From NCBI RefSeq assembly GCF_009914755.1, contig NC_060931.1: DNA of 64,000 nucleotides. One strand, given 5' to 3'. The translations under genes were made by a program, and so were the position numbers. The first letter of the stretch is position 1. Every line of letters starts with the position of its first letter. Shown here one piece after another: positions 1-16,821 of this stretch. A model generated the notes under the pieces. The model searched no databases. It was not told where the DNA came from and saw nothing but the letters and a program-made list of their open reading frames with translations. This DNA is from the human T2T-CHM13v2.0 reference genome, Homo sapiens.

Positions 1-1574
1 GCAACCCCTGTTGTTACTGGGCTGGGGGCCCAAGCAGCTGCTGGTGGGGTGTTCTGCCCTGCAGCAGCACCCTACCTCCACCCTCCCCTTTACATTTAGA
101 AGAACTGTCCTTTAGTGAGACTGTCAATGGAAAACATGAAAATCATTCATTTAATCCAACATTTTCAATCGCAGAGGAAAAACAAGCAGAAGAGTTAAGT
201 CACCAGAGTCATACAGCTGGTAGGAAAAATGGGTTCTCTAAATCTCAGTTTAAACAGAAATCCTTGTCACACTCTTCTGGGGATTGAGAAGCGTAAGATT
301 TTTTTTTTTTTTTTTAATTGCCTTTCTGAAACTTTAGAAGAATACCTATTTGCCCTGTTGGCCAAAACCAGGCAACTGTGTGAAACAGTTGAATGCTAAA
401 ACAAACTAAACAGATGCTGGAAACTCAACCGTTTGTTTCTTGAACAAAATTGATTTTACCTGATGTCCTCTTGAGCTCAGTTAGACTTTGCCAGAGAGAA
501 AACGAGACTGTCTGCAACTTTAACAATAATCACACAGACACATACTTCTTTCCCCCTTTAGTTTCCCATTTTGAAAATAACTCGAGGGCCTGACAAATGC
601 TGAGTTTGGGCAACATGGCTGTGTTCTTGATTGAGGAAAGCAGGCCTGCCTGACCGTGTTTCAACAGTCAGTGCAGAATCTCAAAAGGAAGTACAAATAG
701 GAAGGGTTAAGGGTCCTCTTTTTTTGTTCTTTATTCCACCCGTTGCACACTAGGGTTCTCTCACTTCTTCTTTCAAATAGGCTTCTCAAAATGCACTGTG
801 TATTGGAGCAAAGGGAGTGAGGGATTGTTTATTTTTATTTTTAAATAAGAAATGAAACCTATAAATTAATGCCCTAGGGAAAAAAGAAAGTTACTTTCTG
901 CTATGCACAATTTTTACCAACATTGTGTTGGAAGGAAGAAGCAGCTGGCCTGCGGAAGCTAAGCAGATGCTGGGGCTCTCTCGAGCAGGCTAAGTTGGTG
1001 AAAGGTCAGTCCCACACCCACAGCCTGGGCGGGACTGCCTGGCTGCAGAGTCAACAAGGGGAAGTTTAGTAGGTGAAGGGTCACTGCTGCCGAGCAGCAA
1101 TAACTTTCCATGCCTCAGCTCCCAGGCATCTAGTTTCTGTTCATGGAAATAGAGCTCACTAGGGGAAAGGTCGGGGAGACCAAGGCGTCTCTATCATAGC
1201 CCTGATCTGACACTGTGTTCTTGCATGAGGCTCAGCTACTCACTGTGTTCTTGCGTGAGTCTCCTGGCTGTTAGGAATTCTGCTGCTCAAGTGGAAAAAA
1301 CAGATTGCAAAGTACTTCATAGATCACCCTGTACTGAGTATGGCAAACTGATCAACAGCCTACTTACTGCTACATTTATATTATTTAAAATAACTGCCAG
1401 GTGAGATTCTTTTCAAAAGTGTATTTCAATAAAGAAACCTGTAGGTTTTCTTATCAATTGCTCTAGAGCAATGATTCCTAATCTTCAGGTAGTTTAATTT
1501 GCAACATTGCTGTGAAATCTTTAAAACATGGTGTTTGAAATGACTCCAGGTCAGCAGAGAACTTCTCCATGTTC

Positions 1575-1760
1575 TAGACAAGTGCTTTTTAGATTGTGGG
1601 TTGTAACTAATTAGTGGATCATGAAATCAGTTTAATGAGTCACGAACAGCATTAAAATGAAATAGAATCAAGGGAAAAAAGCATCTTTGTGGTAAGGGCA
1701 GTTTTTTTTTTTTTTTTTTTTTTTGGTGTCAAATTTTTGTTTCAGGTCTATCTGAATGAT
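1575..1760. mobile_element. Possible degenerate hAT-Charlie-type DNA transposon fragment
   Basis: Motif TTAGTGGATCATGAAATCAGTTTAATGAGTCACGAACAGCATT resembles recalled Charlie/MER MITE internal sequence; contains a T-run at about 1702-1724. Family not resolved. Confidence 0.3.
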
Positions 1761-3474
1761 GATGTAAGAAGACCACTGTTCTAGATTTTAAGAACAAAAG
1801 CTTTGCTGCCTTGAACCCCCAAATAATTGCTCAAATTCAAACTGGTTGTTAGCTTTTTTAAAAGCTCAGCTGATTCCGCAGGATGTTGTGGCTGTGAACT
1901 GGGAAGCCTGCCATGCTATTATTTTGAAAAGTGCTGTGCAAACAGTGTTCCTCTCAGATGGTTTCCAGAGTTAGTTCCTTACAAGCATTTCCTCTTGAAA
2001 CATCGGGAATCTAAATAAAGGTAAATAAATTCCATTTACCAACCCCCAAAGGTAAATTAATTCAAGCAAGAAAGACTTTGGTTGCTCACAAGGCTGGATG
2101 AAAACGTGTTTGGTGTAAACTTCATTCAAAGAAAACTGAGCTAGCTAAGAAGGAGCTGTGATAGCCTCTCTTAACTTTGGGATTATGGGGTGGTAAACAG
2201 GCTGTCATGAAAATGTCTAGAATCAGCTAGATGGTAGGATTTGTGCTCTGAGAGGATGGGGCATTCCCACTGGAGCAGCTGAGCAACAGCATAGAGGACC
2301 ATTAAGTTATTATAAGAGAAAGAACCCAGAAATTGTATGGAGAGGACAGTAATGGTGCATGGCTTTAATTTTTGGATGGCCTATTTTTCCCTGTCCTTTC
2401 TTCTTCTTTCTTATTTTTCTTTTGATTTTCTTTTAAGTGAGTGCTTCTGAGTTATGCTAATCCTTCCTTGGCTGCTAACGGATATGGTATTTCAGGATGC
2501 AATTGGAAAATCTATACCCTACATCAATTTGAAAGGAGATAGGAGGCCATAGAAATATTAGACATATTTAGGACGTCTCTGAATGACTGAGATTTCTACA
2601 TTTTATCTCAATATTTTGACACAGCCTTTAAGGAAACTCATATTTTTCTTTTGCCTCTACATTGAGGAAGAATAATTAATATAATGTACTCTATCTTTCA
2701 GAGAAAGGTGTCTAATGGTCTAGTCTACCAACTTCACTATGCTGATTTATGAAAGAATTGCTGAAACCCAGTGAATAATAGCATTTGCCCTTCTTTCTCA
2801 AAAAAGCAGCATTTGCTTTCTTCTGGCAAGGAATAATTAAGCTAATTTCTCCATGAACCTTGGAAAAAGTGGCAACGAATAATGGATTTGTCCCTCAAAG
2901 AACATTTCAAGCAAACATCTTATCAGCTACAAATTCATTTGAGGCAGTTCCAGGTCAGCCACAGGCAATTTTTCTCATTAAAATACTGTTTAAACTGTTG
3001 TATCCAGATGACACAGGAGACATATCAGACAAACAACACCTGCAAGAAGAATTGGTGAAGTATTGACTTTTCATCAATCAAAAAGTTTACTAAGCAGATG
3101 AAAATAATTTGCCTTCACAGTGACATTTTCCTGACGTCTTGCTAGTACTTAAAGGCATTGTTTTTTCTTTAACACCCAAACTTTAATTACCAGAAAAGGT
3201 TAGCATCAAAACAAAGGACATGTTGGTAATTTAGAGGCCATATCAGAAAAATAAATTCATTTTGGTTTGAATGAATTTTTTGTCTTGTCTCCTTCTCCCC
3301 CTTTGGCCACATCCCCCTCCCCCACATGACCACGCTTTCCTGTGTTCATGGTCATTCTGTTAACAATGTATAGATTTGGAGATTTCTTTCTAGTTTTATA
3401 AGTTTTTCTAAGTTTTATACGTCTTATCACTAAGTGCAACTATTCAGTTTAAAAAAAGAAGGAGTATTTTGTAG

Positions 3475-3650
3475 CAGAGAAGTATGAGTTGAGGACGTAG
3501 GAATCCTGTTTTACATTTCTTTTGCTATTTACTCACTGAAAGCCCTTGGGGGAAAATTATTTCATCTCCCTACATCTCAGCTTCCATACTGACAAAAATT
3601 TTATTGTTCTAGATGACCTCTAGGGTGCATTCCACTTTTCAAATCTCCTT
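3475..3650 (+). mobile_element. MIR/MIR3 SINE fragment
   Basis: Degenerate MIR core (ATCTCCCTACATCTCAGCTTCCATACTGACAAAA) followed by a MIR3-type tail (CTAGATGACCTCTAGGGTGCATTCC). Confidence 0.5.
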
Positions 3651-3699
3651 GGTTGCTCATTATTGATTTTAAAATTCTCACAGAATGAGTCTGAATAAT

Positions 3700-4870
3700 T
3701 GTTGCATTTCCCTTATTGAGGAAGTATCTTTGATTAGAGTTCATTTAGCATAAACTCCTTCTCCAAGTGGGACATCCTTACAGCATCCCAAACCAACAAC
3801 CCTCTCATTGCTGCTGGGATACTTCAGTTGGCACAGTGCTCCCTGACTAGTAAGGAACTTTATTTCCTCCTGGTGCAGAAAGAATTGTTATTATTTCTTT
3901 ATGCTAAAACATTGACTTCACTCTGCCTGTCTCATTTTTTTCTAGTTCTGCTCTCTGGAAGAACTTGAATTTAACCCCTTGTAGTTTCTTCATCTAACAT
4001 TCAGTAATTTTGGCTATCTCATAGCCAAACTTCTAGCTTCCAAGTTGTGCCTTGATTTCCTTTTGGGAACACCCCTGTTGTGTTTTGTCTTGGAAGAGGA
4101 AGTGTTTACCTCCCATAAAAGACACTGGGATCTCTCTTTTCTTCATTCCCTCCTATAGCCAGGGCCAGACACCCGACCTGATCCAACTCCTTGATCAGAT
4201 TTGAATTTTAAGTGAGTGCTGCAACTGCAAGAACCTGAGGGCAGGTCTGGTCATTCATCACTAGTGACATTGGAGGAAGGTAGTGGTGGGGACCATACGG
4301 CTCCTGTTTGTGGCCCTGCTGGGCTTCTGCCTGCCCTGTCTCAGAGTTCCCTTCATCTTTGCTAAGCCTTATCCACCCGCCACTTGTGGATTTTGTGAAT
4401 AAATTTCCCATTTGAATAAGATAGCTCTAGTTAGGTACAACCACAGCTTTAAAAAATAGGCCTAGAAGCTGGCAATTAAGATGCTTGAATTACATTCCAT
4501 GAAATTTCTCCCACATATTTGGAGGCCAGTACCATTATGCCTGTGTATTCTTTTCTCCAAACTTTTCACCCACTTCCTTTAATATCATCCCCAGACCTTC
4601 CAGCATCTTGTAGATTTACAATGGTACTTAGCTACATTCTCTTTCTTCTCTGTTTTTGACATGATTCTCTTAATAGTGTAGACTAGAGTTGAACTGGCTT
4701 TTGATGCAGCAACATTATACTTTTGGTTGAGTTTATTGTCAACTAAAACTCCAATGCCTGGTTCTCCCTGTCCCTCAAAAAACATATACACTTAAGTAAT
4801 TGATTTTTCAAGGCCAATAAAAGTTTTTTATATCTCATTAATCTTGCCTGTCCAGATATTAATGAATTCA
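3700..4870 (-). mobile_element. L3/CR1 LINE fragments, interrupted by an LTR-like segment
   Basis: CR1/L3 antisense motif at about 4700-4760 (TTTTGATGCAGCAACATTATACTTTTGGTTGAGTTTATTGTCAACTAAAACTCC) plus a similar degenerate segment at 3840-3965. Confidence 0.45.
4030..4445 (+). mobile_element. Old ERVL-class LTR (LTR33/LTR16-like)
   Basis: GC-richer block ending in GTGAATAAATTTCCCATTTGAATAAGATAGCT, typical of an ERVL LTR 3' end. Confidence 0.35.
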
Positions 4871-5724
4871 AATTCATATTGACCAACTTTGTTTTCAAAA
4901 CTAGTTTGCGTTATCTGAAAATTTGACAATTCCGTTTTTGCCATTTGAACAAGTTGTTTTTAAGGATAGAACAAACCATAGAAAACTGTTTCTGGAAGAA
5001 AATGTAATAGAATACCAGTTTTGTAAAATGCTGCTGAAAAAATAATACCATGCTCAAATACATGTGAAAAATGCTGCATACTAAATCAGCCTTTTTGAGA
5101 CTTAAAATATACATTGATGATTAAAAACAAGTAGAATTGAGTTGGAAACTTCCCTCCAGATTGACATTCATAAACTAATTTAGAATTTCCCAAACTGTGT
5201 TCTACTAGGCACTCCTTGATGAAATAAGTAAGAAAGCTTGTCAAGAGCCATCACTCTTGCTCATGGGACAAGAGAAGGCACTGACCTGTGCCCACCAGCA
5301 CCCCATCACTGAGCCAACACCACCTTCAGGAAGACAGTCTCCAGCAGGGCTTCCCCCAATTCCCCTAGCTGCTTTGCCTCTGCTACTCCGGTAAGCACCT
5401 GCAGGGAGGCAGGCACCCCAGCACCCACTAGCATTCTGCAACAGCTGTTGCACCTTGGCTCCCCCAGTACAGTGGATTCCAAACCTCAAGGAGTCAAAGA
5501 ACAGATGGGGCCCAATACAAATTCCCCAGAATTACAACATGCCGTCCAGGAGTTGAGAGCTGAGTGTTGACCTTCTAAAATCTCCCAGAAACAAAGCCAG
5601 GTGGCTGAATCCACCTTATATTATAGTCAAACCCTCAAGGTCATCAAATCATCAAATAGGATAAAAGAAAAAAAAATCCAAAGGTCAGCAACATCCAAGA
5701 TTGAAGACAGATAAGCTCACAAAG

Positions 5725-6745
5725 ATGAGAAAGAGTCAGCACAGGAAAACTGAAAACTCGAAAAACCAGAGTGCCCTCTTTCCTACGAACAGCCACATCA
5801 CCTCTCCAGCAAAGGTTCTGAACTGAGCTGAGATGGCCAAAATGACAGAAATAGAATTCAGAATATGGATAAGAATGAAGATCATTGAGCTACAGGAGTA
5901 TGTTGAAACCCAATGCAAGGAAGTGAAAAATCATGATAAAACAATGCCAGAGCTGACAGACAATAATGGACAGTATAGAAAAGACTGTAACTGGCCTGAT
6001 AGAGTCAAAAAATATAATACAAGAATTTCATAATGCAATCACAACTATTAATAGCAGAATATAACAAGTGGATGAATGAATCAGAGCTTAAAGAATGGCT
6101 TTCTGAAATAAGACAATCAGACAAGAATAGAGAAAAAAGAAAAAAAGGAAAGAACAAAAGCTCTTAGAAATAGACTCACTAAAGAGACTGAGTAAAGAGA
6201 CCAAATCTAAAACTCACTTGTGTCCCTGAAGGAGATGGGGAGAATAGAACCAACTTGGAGACATATTTCAGGCTATTATCCATGAGAAATTCCCCAGCCT
6301 AGATTGAGAGGCCAACATTCAAATTCAGGAAATTCAGAGAACTCCAGTAAGATACTTCACAACAAAATGATCCACAAGACACATAATCATCAAATTCTTC
6401 AAGATTGAAGTGAAAGAAAAAATATTAAAGGCAGCAAGAGAGAAAGGTTAGTTACCTACAAAGGGAAGCCCATCAGACTAACAGTGGGCCTCTCAGCTGA
6501 AACCCTACAAGTCTGAAGAAATCAGAGGCCAACGTTCAACATTGTTAAGGAAAACAAATTCCATCCCAGAATTTCATATCCAGCCAAACTAAGCTTCATA
6601 AGCAAAGGAGAAATAAGATCATCTGTAGACAAGCAAATGCTGAGCAAATTTGGTACCACCAGACCTGCCCTGCAAAAGTTCCTGAAGGAAGCACCAACTA
6701 TGGAAAGGAAAGACTATTACCAGCCACTATAAAAACACACTGAAG
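5725..6745 (+). pseudogene. Disrupted L1 ORF1
   Basis: Fragment 5833-6033 (MTEIEFRIWIRMKIIELQE) is L1 ORF1-like; the reading frame is broken downstream. Confidence 0.85.
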
Positions 6746-6813
6746 TACACAGGCCAGTGACACTATAAAGCATCCACACATACAAGTTTGCAAAATAACC
6801 CGCTAACACTATG

Positions 6814-10900
<4,087 letters not shown>

Positions 10901-11336
10901 CTAGATATTGCACATTCTCACTTATAAGTGGTAGCTAAATGATGCAAACACATGGACATATAGAGGGGGACAACACACACTGGGGCCTATCAGAGGGTGG
11001 AGGGTGGGAGGAGGGAGAGAATCAGGAAAAATAACTAATGGGTGCAAGGCTTAATACGTGGGCGACAAAATAATCCGTACAACAAACCCCTATGACACAA
11101 GTTTACTTATATAACAAACCTGCACATGTGCCCCTGCACTTAAAATAAGACTTAAAAATAAGAACTCATAGCCATCTTTTTAATTTCCCACACCTATCTT
11201 CTTCCTTGTAAGAACTGATGATAGCTTACACATTTTAAAAAATATGCTAAAAAATTTTAAAGATGCTTTTTAAAAATTGAAAAAATTTTTGGTATATAAA
11301 TATCTAAGAATATATAGACCCTATAGATAGAATATT

Positions 11337-11423
11337 CAGTCTTTCTACAATCAACTGGACCACAGAGACTTCTTTTTTCATAGAGCATCTTTCAACACTG
11401 GTGTGGTAAATTTGGTAAAACTG
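11337..11423 (-). mobile_element. MER103-like hAT MITE end; the other end is possibly at 5181-5237, split by the L1
   Basis: GACCACAGAGACTTCTTTTTTCATAGAGCATCT resembles recalled MER103 sequence; ATTTCCCAAACTGTGTTC sits just before the L1. Confidence 0.4.
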
Positions 11424-11861
11424 TGTCAGTAAATATTTTGGGACTATGGTTATCAGCCTAGCTTACTAATCTCAAATTTTGATCTAATGAATGACACACA
11501 TGTAACAGTGCTATGAGCAAATATTAAGACCATTTCTTGGAATAAGCCAGTTTTAAAAATCAACTTATTGACTTAAAATCAGTTTTATTATTATTTACAT
11601 ACGATAAAATGTGCTCCTTTAAAATGTACATTTTTATGAGTTTTGACAAATATATACATCTCTGTGACTAACACCATAGTTATGATTTAGAACATTTCCA
11701 TCACCCTGCAAAATTCTCTCATGCCCCTTTGCAGTTAATCCTCTCCGAATCTCTGGTCCAGGCAATGAATGGTCTTTTTGTCATGGTAGATTATATTTCC
11801 TTATTTCTAGAATTTTATGTAAGTGGTGCCATATACAATGTACTTTTGTGTCTGAAACTTT

Positions 11862-11975
11862 TGTTTATTTGTTTAGAGACAGAGTCTCACTGGAGTGCAG
11901 TGGCGTGACTATGGCTCACTGCATCCTCAAAGTCCTGGGCTCAAGTGATCCTCCCCGCTCAACCTCCTGAGTAGC
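11862..11975 (-). mobile_element. AluJ/FLAM-type fragment within L1M
   Basis: AGAGACAGAGTCTCAC...GGCTCACTGCATCCTCAAAGTCCTGGGCTCAAGTGATCCTCC. Confidence 0.8.
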
Positions 11976-12407
11976 CTCTCTGCATGTTTTTCTGATTCAT
12001 CCATGTTCTATGTATTGGTGGTTCATTATTTTATTGCTGAGTAGTATTCCACTGTATGGATATAACACAGCTTGTTTATCCATTGAATTGTGATGGGCCA
12101 TAAGACTGTTTCTCATTTTTAGCTATTATAAATAAAGCTTTTATGAACATTTATGTGTAAGTTTTTGTGTGTGCACCAGCAGTGTATGATAGTTTTTCCA
12201 CATCCATGTCAACACTTGGTTTGGTCAGTCTTTTAAATGTTAGCCATTCTAGTGGGTGTGAAGAAATACTTCACTGTGGTTTTAATTGGTAACTTAGATG
12301 ACTCATAATGAACATTTTTTCATGTGCTCATTGACCGTTTATATATCCCTTTTTGTGAAGTTCCTGTTCAAATTTTTGTCTATTTTTAAATTGTGTTGTT
12401 TGTCTTC

Positions 12408-12525
12408 TTTTATTTACGTATTTATTTATTTACAGAGACAGCATCTCACTCTGTCAGCCAGGCTGGAGCAGAGTGGTGCGATCATGTCTCACTCTAGCTT
12501 TAAACTCCTTCCGCTTCAGCCTCCT
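12408..12525 (-). mobile_element. AluJ-type right-arm fragment within L1M
   Basis: (TTTA)n tail followed by AGAGACAGCATCTCACTCTGTCAGCCAGGCTGGAGCAGAGTGG. Confidence 0.75.
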
Positions 12526-12569
12526 GTGTCTTTTTATTATTAATATGTGAGAGTTCTTTCTTTATTTAC

Positions 12570-12712
12570 CTACATGTATCTAACTATATATGATTCAAAT
12601 ACATATATGCATATACACAGACATGAATATATACATATATGCACACACACCCATATATATACACACACCACACATATATATGCATATATAGTATTTTGGA
12701 TATATATTAGAT
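12570..12712. repeat. Degenerate (TA)/(CA) low-complexity tract
   Basis: ACATATATGCATATACAC...CACATATATATGCATATATA. Confidence 0.85.
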
Positions 12713-13109
12713 ATTTTATCCCAGTCTGTGGTTTGACTTTTTACTTCTTAATGGTATCTTTTGATAAGCAGAAGCTTTTAATTCTGATGAAGTCTAATTT
12801 TTTCTTTAATGTTCTTGCTTGCCTTTTAAAAAGCCTTCCTAGTGCATCTTTGCCTGCTCCATGGTCAAAGTGAAGCAGTGAATTTTCTCCTTGTACTCTT
12901 GTGTTGGCTCATTTCAGCCATCATGTTCAGACTTCCTCCCATTCCCTTCCCCCCTTACTTTTCCACAGACTCAACATGAGTTGGCTGGAAAAGAGAGTAA
13001 GCTTCTGGTTGTTGGGAAATCTACACCAGCTAATATGACAGGGCAATGGTAGTCGCAATTTAAAAAGAACACAGAACACTTATAACATGTTAAACTTTAT
13101 ACCAGAAGA

Positions 13110-13310
13110 AGACTCTGAGAGACTTTTCTTGACCACCTAATTGATAAGGCTCCCATGTTACTCTTTACCGTGTAACTGTGGGAATTTTCTTCAAGGCGCA
13201 ATTATCATTAATTATCTTATTTGTTTGTTTATTACCTATTTCTCATATGACCCCCGCATAAGATTGTATGCTTTTCTGTCTTTTTCATCTGTAATTGATG
13301 AATGAATGAA
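13110..13310 (+). mobile_element. L2 3' end fragment
   Basis: Ends in the typical L2 tail GATGAATGAATGAA. Confidence 0.55.
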
Positions 13311-14259
13311 CCAGCAGAGGGACCAGATTGCCTTGTGGCTGATGGCATTGACATCAATTTGGGGTTTGTGGCTCCCACCACTTCAGCCTTCCATCTCTGT
13401 CACTTTCTGTCACTACATCTGTGATTTACTACATGAGGGTAAAACCTTTGCATGGAACTGCTAAGCTCATTCCTTTATGGAGGCAATCCCTCAATTTCTC
13501 CACATGTATGAAATTTGGGATTTCTGAAACTTCTGTGTTCACTGTGGATAAGGGAAGATTCAGAATAAGGGTAATGGGGGAATGATTTAGAGATTGTTTC
13601 TTTCTGTAATTTCCTCTCTAGCCTTTTAGATGGGTAATTAACAATAGAATATTGGTTTTCTTAGATTGTTGCCTAGTAGCATAAGTTTGGTTAAAGCAGT
13701 CCTGCTAGCATTCTAGAAAAGGGTTTCTTTTACTGGTGTTTGTCATTCAGCTGCTGAAATTCACACTGGGTGAAACTTGGCATGACAACTCTCAGCTCAG
13801 TTGCAACTTAGAAGAAAACAGATTTTGCTTTGCTTAAATTGTTTTCGATTGACTGGTTAAGAATAAATTAAAGGTTATTGTAGGTAACAGCTTCTTCATT
13901 CAATTAAAAAATATCATCAGGCAGCTGCTTTCTTTTCTCCTTGAAAGTACAGAAATGATTTTGAGCTACTTAATTGATTTTCCTATGAAGTTTTTTGACT
14001 GACAGACTGTGCCTGATTCTTCCTCAACATTTTTCACTCCCACCAATATAGGAATAGAGAATGGGAATTGGATGAAAGGTATAATCATCCTGCTATATAA
14101 AATCTGAAAGGCCAGTCAATTCATCTCTTTATTTCTTTGTTCATTCAAACATTGATTCATTGATTGAACATTTGTCTCTCAATTTGGTCCAGGTTTGCTG
14201 CACAAGCATTTAATATTTATCACACTTGGGATTTTTTTGTTTACAAATGACTGTAGTTT

Positions 14260-14375
14260 GTTATTCTGTAAACTCCAAGTTGGCAGGTGCCATGTCTTTT
14301 TTATTTAGTGCTGGATAGTAAGAACCCAGAATAGTGGATGATGCATTATGAACTTTCAATAGCATTTGGTAGAAG
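14260..14375 (+). mobile_element. L2 3' end fragment
   Basis: CTGTAAACTCCAAGTTGGCAGGTGCCATGTCT...TCAATAGCATTTGGTAGAAG. Confidence 0.55.
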
Positions 14376-14443
14376 AAGGGAAGGAGGGAGGGAAGGAGGG
14401 AGGGAGGGAGAGAGGGAGGGGAGAGGAGGAAAGAAGGGAAGAA
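14370..14443. repeat. Polypurine (GGGA/GGAA)n tract
   Basis: About 70 nt of pure purines, grown from the L2 tail. Confidence 0.9.
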
Positions 14444-14769
14444 GTTAGCAAGAGCTTAAAGACAGCTAATGAGGTCTCCTGTGCTCTGTAGAGCCATGGA
14501 ACATCAGGCAGGCAGATGCTGGGAGCACACATACCAGAGGCCAAGGTTACTCAAACATTTCTTTTCTTTGTTCAATATGGTCAAAGAGAGATTCTTCAAG
14601 AGGTTTTTCCCCCTTAACAATGTAGGCAAGTCATGCTTTCTAAACCAAAAGGGGAATTCATTGTATGTCACATTATGCCATAGAGGCTCAGGCTGTATTC
14701 TTCATATTGAGAGGACAGTAGCTGTGCATTTTCTTCTGTAGCTGCTGGTAAGGGGCCCAGACTTGGAGA

Positions 14770-14960
14770 TGGGGGCCTGGAGTTCTATTCTACCTCCATT
14801 CACAGCTGGCTGAGAGACTAGCGGTCACCTGCCTAGTCTTCTGTACTTTAGTTTCCTCAGCTCAAAAATGAAGGTAATGATGACAAAAATACCAGCTTCA
14901 CTGGGTTTTGTGAAGCTAAGATGTGCATCTATGTGAATGTGCTTGACGAAAAGTAGTTAT
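14770..14960 (+). mobile_element. MIR
   Basis: Core TTTAGTTTCCTCAGCTCAAAAATGAAGGTAATGATG...GGGTTTTGTGAAGCTAAGATG. Confidence 0.7.
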
Positions 14961-15054
14961 TTTAAAATAAATTTGTGTTGATATTATAAAGAGAAATTGA
15001 GACAGTTTTGCATCTTTCACCCCGCTACCCCTGGGGGCAAAAAAACTGTATTTA

Positions 15055-15310
15055 ACTGGCTCTTTCCCTTTTCATTTGGGTCTCTGCTAAAATATCACCT
15101 CATTGAAAGCTTTCCCTGACAATTCTGTTCAAAGCAACATACGTCACTCCGTGGACACTATCAATCTGTTTTATTTTTCCTCTTGGCATTTACTACTACC
15201 TGGCATTATACTAGGCATTTAGATTTTAGAATGTTAAGCAGGGCTTGTTTGTTTTGTAAACCTGTGTTTGGCACACAGTAGATACTTAGCCAGTTTTTGT
15301 AGAAAGAAGG
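15055..15310 (+). mobile_element. L2 3' fragment
   Basis: GGTCTCTGCTAAAATATCACCTCATTGAAAGCTTTCCCTGAC...TGGCACACAGTAGATACTTAG. Confidence 0.65.
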
Positions 15311-15636
15311 ACCTGTCCTCCCAATGTGACACAACAAGTTAATTGCTCTCTTTGCTCATTCTCTACCTCTAGAAAAGCTTTTTTTGGGAAATATGGCCAA
15401 GACCAGGAGGTGCTGTATTGCCTTGATGATATCACCATGAAGAATGCACTTATCAGTAACACAGATTTTTATTATATTGATGAGATTTTGGTGACACCTT
15501 AGTCCACCAGTTACCAACTTGGGGTTCACAAGGCCAGAAAAGTTACTGGAGCTCCTTTTAATATTTCACAAAGCCCAGTAAAATCCATCCCACTATCCTT
15601 AATAAGGCTGTAGGGGAAAACTAGAATAAATAATTC

Positions 15637-15880
15637 AGAGGCTGCAAACGTTCTCAGGTCACAATAATTCAGTAATTTTTTCATGGTGTTCCCAGCCCCA
15701 AAAACATCCTAACAGTTCTGTTGATTAAATATTTACATCCAAATGACTTAATAGTAATAATTTATGTGGTATCTGAGAGATGTTGTTATGTTTTCCTAGA
15801 AAATTTAGAATAGCTTGTACTGTCCTTATGAATTTGTTGAGGTAATGTAGAGTGCCTTGGCACACATTTTGGGAACCGTG
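15637..15880. mobile_element. hAT-Charlie MITE (subfamily unresolved)
   Basis: Charlie-type end GGCACACATTTTGGGAACCGTGG. Confidence 0.4.
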
Positions 15881-16821
15881 GAGATGATAAGAGATTCTAA
15901 ACAGTGTGTCTTTCCCCTTTTACTAAGACCAGGTTGCTTGAATTTAATTTGGCCATTGATGATATCATAGGAATTCCTGAGACAAGAGCACTGAGCCATA
16001 AGTAACTCTTGGAGCACACATCAAGGAGTTATGGTGTTTGACTTTAACAGGTGGAATCCTGCCTCCATGGTGGCCAATATTGAGCAACCAAGAGTTCTAT
16101 GTTCTACAGGATGAGATTATTACTTAATCTTGTTTATTAGTAATCTTACAATCTTGATAACCACTTATGTGATTTCATAATGCTACTATCATAAACTTTG
16201 CTGCTAATAAATCATTTGTGATCTGGATTAACAATGACCAAAAAAGAGAGATAATACAGGCAGAACAAATTGTTTATTGCTTAATACATACGCAGTTTGT
16301 TTGGTAGACAAAATCATTTGAAGATTCCACTGACATGAGAGGCACAGATAAACTAAAATTTTTTAAAAAGTTACATTTGTGGTGAAAAGATTTTGAGTAA
16401 GTTCTCCAGTCCTTTAGTTAGATGTGGATGCACCTTAGTCTGATTAGTGGAGTGGCTCACAAACTCACTTGAAGGAGAACAAGTGAAGGCTAGCTCTGCA
16501 GAAGACTACCTGATTTCATTATACGGTGATTTTCATGAGGAGCACTGTCAGAGGTTGACATTTTTTAATCTTCCTCTCAGTCTTTGGATTCTGGATTTGT
16601 ATATACATAAACCAACTTATGCAGTAGGTGCCTGACCTTGAAGGTCTAGGATGGTTTGAATCAATAATCAACCTTCTAATAGTATGAGGTTGGGGTTTGG
16701 CTTATTTTTTATTCATTAGATTGAGTTGTGAAAAAATTCTTTTTTCACAAGCTATCTTCTAGGAAAAGTTATAATTTGAAGTTTGTTTAAGAAGTTTTGT
16801 GATTTGGTAGTCACGATTGTA

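Larger units (their letters stand above)
11550..12870 (-). mobile_element. Old L1M (L1MC/L1ME-class) 3' fragment
   Basis: Antisense L1M 3'UTR motifs AGAACATTTCCATCACCC, TTTATTGCTGAGTAGTATTCCACTGTATGGATATA and GCCATTCTAGTGGGTGTG. Confidence 0.85.
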
